A stretch of 15,600 nucleotides of DNA. Origin: Pseudomonadota bacterium. GTDB lineage: Bacteria; Bdellovibrionota; Bdellovibrionia; Bdellovibrionales; SG-bin7. The DNA lies in contig JAWXAY010000032.1 of assembly GCA_034439715.1 (NCBI GenBank), positions 1 through 15,600 of the forward strand. The letters run 5' to 3'. The notes beneath the pieces were generated by a model, which was not told the origin of the DNA, did no database searches, and saw only the letters and a list, made by a program, of their open reading frames with translations. Below, piece by piece: positions 8,647 through 15,600 of this stretch (within the stretch, counting starts at the first letter, position 1; each line of letters begins with the position of its first letter). The translations under genes were made by a program, and so were the position numbers.

Positions 8647-9273
8647 CTAAACTGCTTTTTTAAGCCAAATGATTTTTAACGGATTCTTAGCAATGTGTGA
8701 TTCACACCACTTCCTTGAACCCAACTTAAGGGCGATTTCTTTAGGTGAAAGAACGAAATCTACATGGTCAATTTCTATCGCCGCAATCGGCATTGATTCC
8801 GAAGCCGCAGTTGCAGGAGTTTGGGCCATGGTCATGCCACCTTTTTCCTTCAATACTTTAAGTCCTTCTGCGCCATCAGAACCTTCTCCAGAGAGAATTA
8901 TTCCAATGGACCCGCGAGCCTGATCGGCAGCTAAGGACAATATGAAATGGTCAACCGCGCTGTTCACTCCTTTGTCTGGGCGACGAATGAGAAGAAGCGA
9001 GTCGTCTTTGATTTCCATAAACTTATCAGGCGGCAGAATATAGATGTGATTAGCGACGAGTTGCTCCCGATGAGTGACTTCAACGACTGGCATTTTTGTC
9101 GAGCGAGAAAGAATCTCAGGAAGTAGGCTCTTTGACCCTCGCAGAACGTGAGAAAGTAAGACAAACGCCATTCCGGTATCGGTCGGCAGGTTTTCAATAA
9201 GCTCCTGAAAAGCGGCCAAGCCGCCAGCGGACGCACCGATTGCAACCACACATGGATAGTCTAATTCTTTCAT
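8647..9273 (-). CDS. cheB: Stand-alone CheB-type methylesterase domain (second copy)
   Basis: AIGASAGG, LSHV, ILSGEGSDG, SMP, VDFVLSP. Confidence 0.9.
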   Translation of the reverse strand: MKELDYPCVVAIGASAGGLAAFQELIENLPTDTGMAFVLLSHVLRGSKSLLPEILSRSTKMPVVEVTHREQLVANHIYILPPDKFMEIKDDSLLLIRRPDKGVNSAVDHFILSLAADQARGSIGIILSGEGSDGAEGLKVLKEKGGMTMAQTPATAASESMPIAAIEIDHVDFVLSPKEIALKLGSRKWCESHIAKNPLKIIWLKKAV

Positions 9274-9379
9274 ATCTTTGTTTACTCCGCCTTGCATCAA
9301 CCTGACCACACTTATTCAAAGCCAGGTGGAGAGGAATCAAAACAAGGCCATTCCGATGCGGTCAATCTCTGATAAGCAA

Positions 9380-9922
9380 CTAGAGAATGCGTCCCAAAAT
9401 CTGTGGGTGAAGTTTAGAAGCCTCGTCCTTACCTGACTTGTGGGTGACGGCAGTTTGGCCGTCAGGGTCCGTTCGGCCAAGGACTCGCCTGACCATTTCA
9501 GGATGCCATTGTTGACCTCGACGCTTGGTAGGAACTCCGGTGCTGCTCATGTATTGAGCGACTTGCCTGAGACTCATTCCCTTTTCACGTAGTTCTCTTA
9601 TGGCTTTGACTACTCTTTGTTCCCCCAAATGAGGACCGAGACGACCATTTACGATGCGGTGTCCATAAGCAGGTTGAGCGGGTTGCCCGTGAGGCTTATG
9701 CGAAGGTCTTCGCTCAATGTTGTGCCGCTTCAGGTTGGCCCGAACGGCTTCTTTTGAGGAACTTGTTTGTGACGCGATCTGGGCGATTGATAGCTTTTGA
9801 ACGGTGTATTTTTCGGTGAGGAAGCCCTTGTCTTTGTATTCGGGCGAATGTAGTTTCTGAGATGTATCAACAACATAGGCGGTTGAGGAACTTTCGTGTT
9901 TTCTGGCTTCGTCTTCCCGCCA
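9380..9922 (-). CDS. Start-less 180-aa ORF: HTH + serine-recombinase-type DNA-binding module
   Basis: Frame is open from TGG at 9922 (WREDEARK...LSIAQIASQTSSSKEAVRANLKR...PAYG...EQRVVKAIRELREKGMSLRQVA...VPTKRRGQQWHPEMVRRVL); in-frame TAA at 9926-9928; first ATG/GTG/TTG is only at 9628. Confidence 0.75.
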   Translation of the reverse strand, partial: WREDEARKHESSSTAYVVDTSQKLHSPEYKDKGFLTEKYTVQKLSIAQIASQTSSSKEAVRANLKRHNIERRPSHKPHGQPAQPAYGHRIVNGRLGPHLGEQRVVKAIRELREKGMSLRQVAQYMSSTGVPTKRRGQQWHPEMVRRVLGRTDPDGQTAVTHKSGKDEASKLHPQILGRIL

Positions 9923-9927
9923 AATTT
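9914..9927 (+). repeat. att-like site 1
   Basis: TTCCCGCCAAATTT; CCCGCCAAATTT shared with site 2. Confidence 0.65.
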
Positions 9928-10038
9928 ATTTTAATTTTTCCTTTCTCTGAATTTTTCATTTTTTATTTAGAATCTATTAACAATTTTAACATTTTGAGAA
10001 TGATTTAGGGACTTTGATTCTCCAGCCACTATTCCACG

Positions 10039-10093
10039 CAAAATCATACAAAATCATGGCAGTTGTAGTTCTTTTGTAGTCCGCGAACTACAA
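10039..10093. repeat. Cluster of short direct and inverted repeats, possible recombinase arm/binding sites
   Basis: CAAAATCAT x2 (10039, 10049); TTGTAGT x2 (10063, 10074); TTGTAGTTC/GAACTACAA inverted pair (10063-10071/10085-10093). Confidence 0.55.
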
Positions 10094-10109
10094 GTTGGCA
10101 TGGCTCTAG

Positions 10110-10319
10110 GCCGACTCCACGAACCTGAAGCATCAGGGCTTCAGTTGTGGGCATGATACCTGCCATTTCAATTAAAGTTGTGTCGTGAAATATCAAATAG
10201 GGCGGAACTCTATTTTCCTTAGCAAGTCTCTTTCGTACATTTTTAAGTTCAATAAATAATTTCTGAGAAGAATTATTTTTTCGAGCTGGAAACTTCCCGG
10301 CCCGATCTTTACGGCAAGA
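10110..10319 (-). pseudogene. HRDC domain fragment (RecQ C-terminal type), no start codon, truncated after GVG
   Basis: Manual translation: QKLFIELKNVRKRLAKENRVPPYLIFHDTTLIEMAGIMPTTEALMLQVRGVG; lacks the following K..KYG helix; not in ORF track. Confidence 0.85.
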
Positions 10320-10345
10320 TTACCTTATGGGGCCCGTGATTAATT

Positions 10346-11797
10346 TTATCCGTTTACATCCCTGTGAGCTTCACTATTTCGGCGCTTACTTTTTATTGGC
10401 AATTCAAACCAGAATATCGAGCCTGAACTTTCAGAAGATTTAACTCCAATCCTCCCGCCATGAGCTTCGACAAGTCGTTTAGCGGTGGCCAAGCCCAAGC
10501 CTGTGCCCTCGATATGAGAATTTTCGCCCCTCACAAATGGTTCAAAAATTCGCGCACGGATTTCAAAAGGAATTCCTGGGCCCGTGTCTTCGATTTCGAA
10601 GCGAAGCATTTCCCCTCGGATTTTATTTCGCACATGAATCTTTTTAACGGGAGACTCCACAATAAATTTAATTGCATTTCGCAAAAGGTTTTCTAACACA
10701 CTCGTCAGCACACCAGCGCTTGTCGCAACAAACACGGGCTGACCGTTAACAATCAATAACTCAATCCCCGCCTGCTTTGTCGACAATATATAGCTTGATT
10801 CTAAATCGTGAAGCAGAAAACGAACATCCGCAGAATCTGTTCTGTTAGTTACACCAGCGGCCTTTGCGTAAGCAAGAAGGTCGTCTGATAATGTGGTGGC
10901 GCGAGTTAAACTTCGTCTCACTATATCAAAATAGGGCCTTATAGAATTATCTTTATTCGACTCTTCAATTAATTGAGCCGCCATACCAATTGAACTCAGA
11001 GGATTTTTAATGTCATGTGCAATTCTGCCCGCAAATAAGTCTAATTCATTCACTTTTTCAGTCAGAAGCCTATTGTAATTTTCGACAAGTTTTTGATTCC
11101 CATTTAAAATTCGCAATAAAATGAATGCCACAATAACCGAAATTAATACGCTAAACAGTCCGAGGATAATACTCAGCGCACCAGTTTCTTTACGAATTGT
11201 TTCGATCTCAAGAGCTAAAATTGCGGAAACTTTAGCATCATGCTCGATAGTATTAGTAATGGCCTCACCCGCTTTATCAATTTCTGGTATCAATTCTTCT
11301 TTTAATATATTTTTCGCATTAATCAGATTACCAGCCTCTACGGCAGCCAAAACTATCTCGGCAATTTTTATTACATTATTAACTTCCTGTTGTACCTTTG
11401 TCCATAAACCTAACTCATCTCGCAACAATTCTAATGCCAAGTAAGATTCGCTCTCCTGCTTAAGCTCATTGATCTGCTTTTTTATATCTACTTCTATACT
11501 TTTTGCCTGTGGATGCAAAACAAAAGCCGTCATTTCGCTTCTGAGAGTCGAAACGGTCGTTCTTGCTTGGGCCAAAAAAATTATACTTGGTGCAGCTACC
11601 TCACTAATGGCTACAGCTGTCTCGTCCAAACGCTGAAGACGATTTTGTGTGTAAAAAATTGTAAAAACGAAACTCATAATATTAATCGCAAAGGCTAAGG
11701 GTAATGCGATTTTATATGATGATTTGATTTTAAAGTTTTTTAGCATCGCGTCCATTCCTTCTGCTAAATTAGAGGCCGATCCTACAGCAAACTTCAT
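10346..11797 (-). CDS. Membrane sensor histidine kinase (two TM, periplasmic four-helix-bundle-like sensor, HisKA, HATPase_c)
   Basis: IAHDIKNPL H-box, NLLRNAIKF N-box, DTGPGI, IFEPF, GTGLGL; true start may be 11755 or 11746. Confidence 0.93.
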   Translation of the reverse strand: MKFAVGSASNLAEGMDAMLKNFKIKSSYKIALPLAFAINIMSFVFTIFYTQNRLQRLDETAVAISEVAAPSIIFLAQARTTVSTLRSEMTAFVLHPQAKSIEVDIKKQINELKQESESYLALELLRDELGLWTKVQQEVNNVIKIAEIVLAAVEAGNLINAKNILKEELIPEIDKAGEAITNTIEHDAKVSAILALEIETIRKETGALSIILGLFSVLISVIVAFILLRILNGNQKLVENYNRLLTEKVNELDLFAGRIAHDIKNPLSSIGMAAQLIEESNKDNSIRPYFDIVRRSLTRATTLSDDLLAYAKAAGVTNRTDSADVRFLLHDLESSYILSTKQAGIELLIVNGQPVFVATSAGVLTSVLENLLRNAIKFIVESPVKKIHVRNKIRGEMLRFEIEDTGPGIPFEIRARIFEPFVRGENSHIEGTGLGLATAKRLVEAHGGRIGVKSSESSGSIFWFELPIKSKRRNSEAHRDVNG

Positions 11798-11852
11798 CTT
11801 ATTTCGAAGTTTTTTTGAATTTTATCTTGCATGATAAGTGAGCAGATGGCCG

Positions 11853-12047
11853 CTATTTCACATTAGTTTTAGTTAATGCCCAATTAAGAACTTTGATAAG
11901 CCGAGGTACTAATAGTTTTTCAGCTTTTAACTTGTCGACCCATCGAAATTCTACGTGCTCAGGTGAAATCACGACATCTTTTGAAAAAACTTGGGCTAAA
12001 TAATAGCGGGCAATTTTTTTATTAGAATATGGCTGGGATGACGTGGG
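11853..12047 (-). pseudogene. 3' half of a NUDIX hydrolase (Ap4A hydrolase-like); NUDIX box missing
   Basis: Manual translation: QPYSNKKIARYYLAQVFSKDVVISPEHVEFRWVDKLKAEKLLVPRLIKVLNWA; in-frame TAA at 12048-12050 upstream. Confidence 0.75.
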
Positions 12048-12080
12048 TTAAGGAGCTAGAATTATAGTAGTTTTCCACCA

Positions 12081-12093
12081 CCCCGCCAAATTT
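12081..12093 (+). repeat. att-like site 2
   Basis: CCCCGCCAAATTT; IHF-like TTTCACatagTTA at 12105-12117. Confidence 0.65.
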
Positions 12094-12176
12094 CTCTTAA
12101 ATAATTTCACATAGTTAGATACAATTTTTCCCAAGAGGCTCAACGGGTCTCGAACTTTCATCTCAAAGGATAGTTT

Positions 12177-12737
12177 ATGAAATTACTTATAGTTATTTCG
12201 TTTTTGTTAGCATTAGTCTCATGTAAATCTGTTGGGGTATTAGAATCTAATGATCCAAAAATAAAAATTCGCGATGGCTATTCATTGCTACAAGCTGGCC
12301 GATCTCTACCGGCGCTACGCTTATTCAATGAAGCTAATGATGCTTTGAAAAATCAAAACGATGAGTCTTTAAGAGCTCATGCACTTGTTGCCCTTGGCGA
12401 TGTTTATAAGTTTAAGGATGGCAAAGCACAAACTGAGAAAACTTATAGCTTAAATAATTCTGTCACTAACTATAAGGATGCTGCAAAAATACTATCGAAA
12501 ATGAAGTACAACCAACGTTTATCCATGGCATATTGGGGAATTGCCCAAGCTTATGCGCAAGAAAATAATACGAATAAAAGCTGTGAGTATATCAATAAAG
12601 CAGCCAAAGCTTATTATGAGCTCTCTGGTGGAGCTGATGATGAGTTAAATAAAAACGATATGGCTTCAGCAATTACTTACTTCGAGCATTCTAAAAAACA
12701 AAAATTTAAAGCTTCATGTGGGTCTAGTGTCAGATAG
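12177..12737 (+). CDS. TPR-like lipoprotein
   Basis: Lipobox LVSC; ALVALGDVY and AYWGIAQAYAQ TPR-like helices; AAGGA SD. Confidence 0.8.
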   Translation: MKLLIVISFLLALVSCKSVGVLESNDPKIKIRDGYSLLQAGRSLPALRLFNEANDALKNQNDESLRAHALVALGDVYKFKDGKAQTEKTYSLNNSVTNYKDAAKILSKMKYNQRLSMAYWGIAQAYAQENNTNKSCEYINKAAKAYYELSGGADDELNKNDMASAITYFEHSKKQKFKASCGSSVR

Positions 12738-12767
12738 GTTCTAAACTCGTTTACTTTGCCCCGCCAA
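12738..12767 (+). repeat. att-like site 3
   Basis: GTTCTAAACTCGTTTACTTTGCCCCGCCAA, 24/30 identical to site 4; starts immediately after the lipoprotein stop codon; IHF-like motif at 12776-12788 (minus strand). Confidence 0.75.
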
Positions 12768-12835
12768 AACTGCTGTAACCCATTGAAATCAAATTAGATT
12801 TTAATCTAGATGGATCTTTTATTCAAAGTATGTTA

Positions 12836-12868
12836 AGTTATAACTAGGTTATGCCGATATTATAACTA
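12836..12868. promoter_or_regulatory. Putative TA autoregulatory operator
   Basis: Palindrome AGTTATAACT (12836-12845); TTATAACTA repeated at 12838 and 12860. Confidence 0.5.
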
Positions 12869-12894
12869 AGTAAATTAGCTAATTGGAGATTAGA

Positions 12895-13128
12895 ATGAAA
12901 ACTTTAGCATTAAGACAAATTGGTAATTCTCAAGGGATCATTTTAGAAAAAACGATTTTAGAGCTGATTGGTGCCGATCAAAAAAATACCGTATTTGCTA
13001 TTCGGGTAGAAGACGGAGAGCTAATTCTTCGCCCTCTAAATGCCAAGGAACAAAAAGAAATGATAAAGAGAGCTGCAAAGGAGATTACGCAGGAACAGGC
13101 TCCCATTTTGAAAAAACTGGCAAAATAA
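12895..13128 (+). CDS. AbrB/MazE-family antitoxin
   Basis: LRQIGNSQGIILEK...VEDGELILRP; GGAG SD; C-terminal LKKLAK typical of Doc-associated antitoxins. Confidence 0.9.
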   Translation: MKTLALRQIGNSQGIILEKTILELIGADQKNTVFAIRVEDGELILRPLNAKEQKEMIKRAAKEITQEQAPILKKLAK

Positions 13129-13548
13129 ATGAACATAAAAATTGTCGGTTACATCTATCTAGATGAAGACGATGTTAAAGAAATCCATGATGATCAGATA
13201 TCTAAATTTGGTGGCTCTCTAGGAATACGAGACCATGCTGGCCTGGCAAGTGCAGTGGCTTAGCCACAAATGACCTATGGGAAAGAAGATTTGTATGGGG
13301 ATGTCTACGCTAAAGCTGCGGTTCTAGCGCACGGAATTTCAGAGGGACAACCATTTGTAGATGGAAATAAAAGGACAGCACTGGTATCTGCTTTGGCCTT
13401 TCTAAAAGTAAATGGTCATGGTGTTCTCCCGGCTGAGGAGCGCTTGTATGAGGCTATGATAGGAATTGCAAACAGAAAGACTTCTAAAGAAGACTTAGCG
13501 CAACTTTTTCGTGAGCTGGATTGCGAATTTAATACTCGAAGGGATTAA
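13129..13548 (+). pseudogene. doc: Doc (Fic-family) toxin interrupted by in-frame TAG at 13261-13263
   Basis: MNIKIVGYIYLDEDDVKEIHDDQISKFGGSLGIRDHAGLASAVA*PQMTY...QPFVDGNKRTA; ATG directly follows antitoxin TAA. Confidence 0.88.
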
Positions 13549-13549
13549 G

Positions 13550-13947
13550 ATGGCTATTTTTAGAAATTCGCTCATTTCAATTTTAGTGATTTTATCCAAT
13601 GCCTATGCAGACAAGAGCCAAATGTGATTGTCGAAGGTAGTTTGGAGTATACTATGTTTGTTAAATACATGTTAAAGGGACGCATAACGAACTTGGACAA
13701 AATTAAGTTTACCGCAAAACAAAAAAAAGAACTAAAAGAAGAGATAGGAATTGGATTCTTGGTAAGTCATGAAGATGGAAGTAAAAAAAGCTGCTCAAAA
13801 GGTAAATTTGAAATTCATCCCGATTCCATTCGAAAGTTTATATATCCGACAAATGAAGAAGCTGTTTTACTTGGTGGCGAATTAATCCCCTTGGTGAGTG
13901 CAATGTGTGCTGCTTCTGGATCTAGCGGGGCCTCGTCCGCAAAATAA
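13550..13947 (+). pseudogene. Secreted hypothetical protein with frameshift near 13610
   Basis: Signal peptide MAIFRNSLISILVILSNAYA from ATG 13550 is out of frame with the 13624-13947 ORF. Confidence 0.6.
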
Positions 13948-13983
13948 TCGCTCCAAAATCAGGCGGCGCTTGACCAACACCAA

Positions 13984-14013
13984 GTTCGATACTCGTCCCA
14001 TTTGCCCCGCCAA
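13984..14013 (+). repeat. att-like site 4
   Basis: GTTCGATACTCGTCCCATTTGCCCCGCCAA, lying between convergent gene ends. Confidence 0.75.
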
Positions 14014-14018
14014 TAAAC

Positions 14019-14909
14019 TTAAAGCATCCCGCGTTCTCGAAGCCACTTAAGAGACTACGTGATCACCGAGCTAAAAACTTCTTTTTTTCCAGGTCCGAGA
14101 TGCCCGCCTTCTGCTTTTTGACTCGTCACCTGCGCAGGTGATTCACTAAGTGCCGTCTGCAGGCTTTGAATGGATTGAATAGGTAGTTGTTCATCCTCCG
14201 TCGCATAAAGATTTAAGACCTGTTGATGGCTATGTAATTTTCGAACTTCGGTTTCGGGATCTTTGTATGCCAAATAATCCCATGTGATATGACCCAGTAA
14301 AAATGCAATCGGATAGCTCCACCATTCCCATTTATTTACTAGTTGTTGGGTGATTGCGGATTCGACTTTTCCAAAGGCATGAATGAGTAGAATCCCATCA
14401 ATTTCTGAGTTTCGAACTGCGGCCGTAATTGCAAAGGGAGCTCCAAAACTTGCCCCGGCAAAAATCATTCTATTTTTATTTACCCGCGGATCGATCCGTA
14501 GTTTTTCTATTAGCGCATCGACACATAAGTCGACTCGATGAATGGCCTTCTTTATCTCAGGAATTTCCTTTAGGTCCGCTAAGAAACTGCGTTGATTTGG
14601 TGCTTTGTAGGGGTAATCGACAGTCGCGTAAATCGCATTTAAATCGACGGGCAGCTGTTCAAGTGATTTTTCTCCAGTATCAAAACCTCCAAGAACAATC
14701 AATACGGGTAGTGGCAAATCAGTTTTTTTGGGGAGCGTTAGAAGGGCGGTATATCTGGTTCCATCACTCATCGAAAGTTCCAAGCGTTCACCAAAGCGTG
14801 GGGATTTCGACTCAGCTGGAGGTTCTGCAAAGATCAAAGAAGAGCTGAAAATGAAAGCTGTGAGACCACAAACCCACTTCATTTCTGGCAACATGTATTT
14901 AATTCGCAA
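14019..14909 (-). CDS. Secreted alpha/beta-fold hydrolase; TAG at 14055-14057 probably premature (true end 14019)
   Basis: GASFG nucleophile elbow, EDEQLP, GGH; read-through adds SLKWLRERGML then TAA. Confidence 0.85.
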
Positions 14910-15600
14910 TTCTTAACGTTGTCAGATTATCCAGCCGCATCACCTTTAAGATATCCAACTTTTTTTCAATGTCATCGCCGCTCCAGCCTTCAGAATGAAA
15001 AACTGCATTGGCGTCGCGGATAAGTTCAGGGTCATGGGTAAAGTTTCTCAGCCATTCGTGGAAGAGAAGAAAAGACAATTGCAAAGGCAAAAGTTTTGAA
15101 ATTATTTGTGTGGAATACGTGTAATCCGCACCAAAGACATAATAGGAGCCCTGTCTTCCCGGAATTTCCATTTGCCAATTTTTTGGAGTGCGCAAAACAG
15201 TTTGAATTAATTGGTTTTTTGCGTCCAAACAATTTGGCGGGATACGGTGGCGAAGTCCTTCATCCTCGACATCAACAACACCGTATGGTGCCTTCTTCCA
15301 TACATAGCGTTGACCGAGGACATTGGCCCAAATACCTTCGTAAAATCCTTTGAGATCATAATAGAGAACTTTATATTTTTTATCACTTTGGAAAGCCTTT
15401 AAGATACGCCGAAAGTTTACATCGGAGGGATCATTGGGCCCTACGACCTTTTCAAAATCTTTACTCATCTCGACATCAGAAATTTTATTGATGAGGTAGT
15501 CGAGATTATAAAATCCCTTAAAAGTACTCACTCGAGCTTGATCTTCGCAAAAAACAGTATCGCCGCCATTACCGACTGCGCCGCCCGCATAGGTTAAAGA
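14899..15600 (-). CDS. Secreted hypothetical protein with GGxxGNGGD motif, 5'-partial
   Basis: Frame is open to the window edge: SLTYAGGAVGNGGDTVFC...; LxFHEWLR motif. Confidence 0.75.
   Translation of the reverse strand, partial: SLTYAGGAVGNGGDTVFCEDQARVSTFKGFYNLDYLINKISDVEMSKDFEKVVGPNDPSDVNFRRILKAFQSDKKYKVLYYDLKGFYEGIWANVLGQRYVWKKAPYGVVDVEDEGLRHRIPPNCLDAKNQLIQTVLRTPKNWQMEIPGRQGSYYVFGADYTYSTQIISKLLPLQLSFLLFHEWLRNFTHDPELIRDANAVFHSEGWSGDDIEKKLDILKVMRLDNLTTLRIAN

Larger units (their letters stand above)
1..9922. mobile_element. Right portion of an integrated mobile element (integrative plasmid/satellite-like); left end outside window
   Basis: Rep-like, RHH, XRE, serine recombinase and phage-like small genes; ends at CCCGCCA 9916-9922, followed immediately by an abrupt AT-rich stretch. 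Confidence 0.7.

Noticed and set aside
10198..10207. TAGGGCGGAA as an inverted att-like site
   Set aside because: Explained by the VPPY codons of the HRDC fragment
13984..14012. Possible tRNA gene at sites 3 and 4
   Set aside because: Only a 3'-end-like segment with the wrong spacing; no D or anticodon arms or acceptor 5' strand upstream
9914..14013. CRISPR array or classical integron attC sites
   Set aside because: Spacing is kb-scale and irregular; no RYYYAAC...GTTRRRY palindromes, no intI, no cas
15231..15242. AATTTGGCGGGA, 12-nt inverted match to site 1
   Set aside because: Lies inside an intact CDS (RIPPN codons); probably chance
223..15402. Many short ORFs in the track overlapping larger genes (e.g. 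888-1271, 3052-3483, 7835-8089, 11121-11444, 14429-14848)
   Set aside because: Shadow or alternate-frame ORFs with no recognisable motifs
15562..15570. CCGCCA within GCCGCCATT
   Set aside because: Simply the NGG codons of the GNGGD motif

Overview
Accessory region, probably from a Bdellovibrionota-like bacterium (inferred from a secreted protein with a GGxxGNGGD motif). Bases 1-9922 are the right part of an integrated mobile element. It carries a leftward operon (degenerate Rep_trans-like initiator, Zn-finger protein, RHH regulator), a divergent small serine recombinase, and cargo: an HDAC-family deacetylase with a TPR protein, an XRE regulator, a lipoprotein and two convergent stand-alone CheB domains. 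The element ends at a CCCGCCAA site. The same site recurs in direct orientation at about 12088, 12766 and 14012, dividing the more AT-rich right half into cassette-like modules: (i) HRDC fragment + orphan histidine kinase + NUDIX fragment; (ii) TPR lipoprotein; (iii) AbrB/Doc toxin-antitoxin + secreted protein, both latter genes lesioned. An alpha/beta hydrolase and a secreted protein follow. On the minus strand every site begins TGG CGG (W-R) and opens a start-less frame. Two give short W-R-G-K-x-[DN]-E-[YF]-R-T tails and one gives a 180-aa HTH + recombinase-type DNA-binding module. This suggests an integration hotspot whose sites supply interchangeable C-termini to an integrase located outside the window. 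No complete tRNA, rRNA or CRISPR array was seen.
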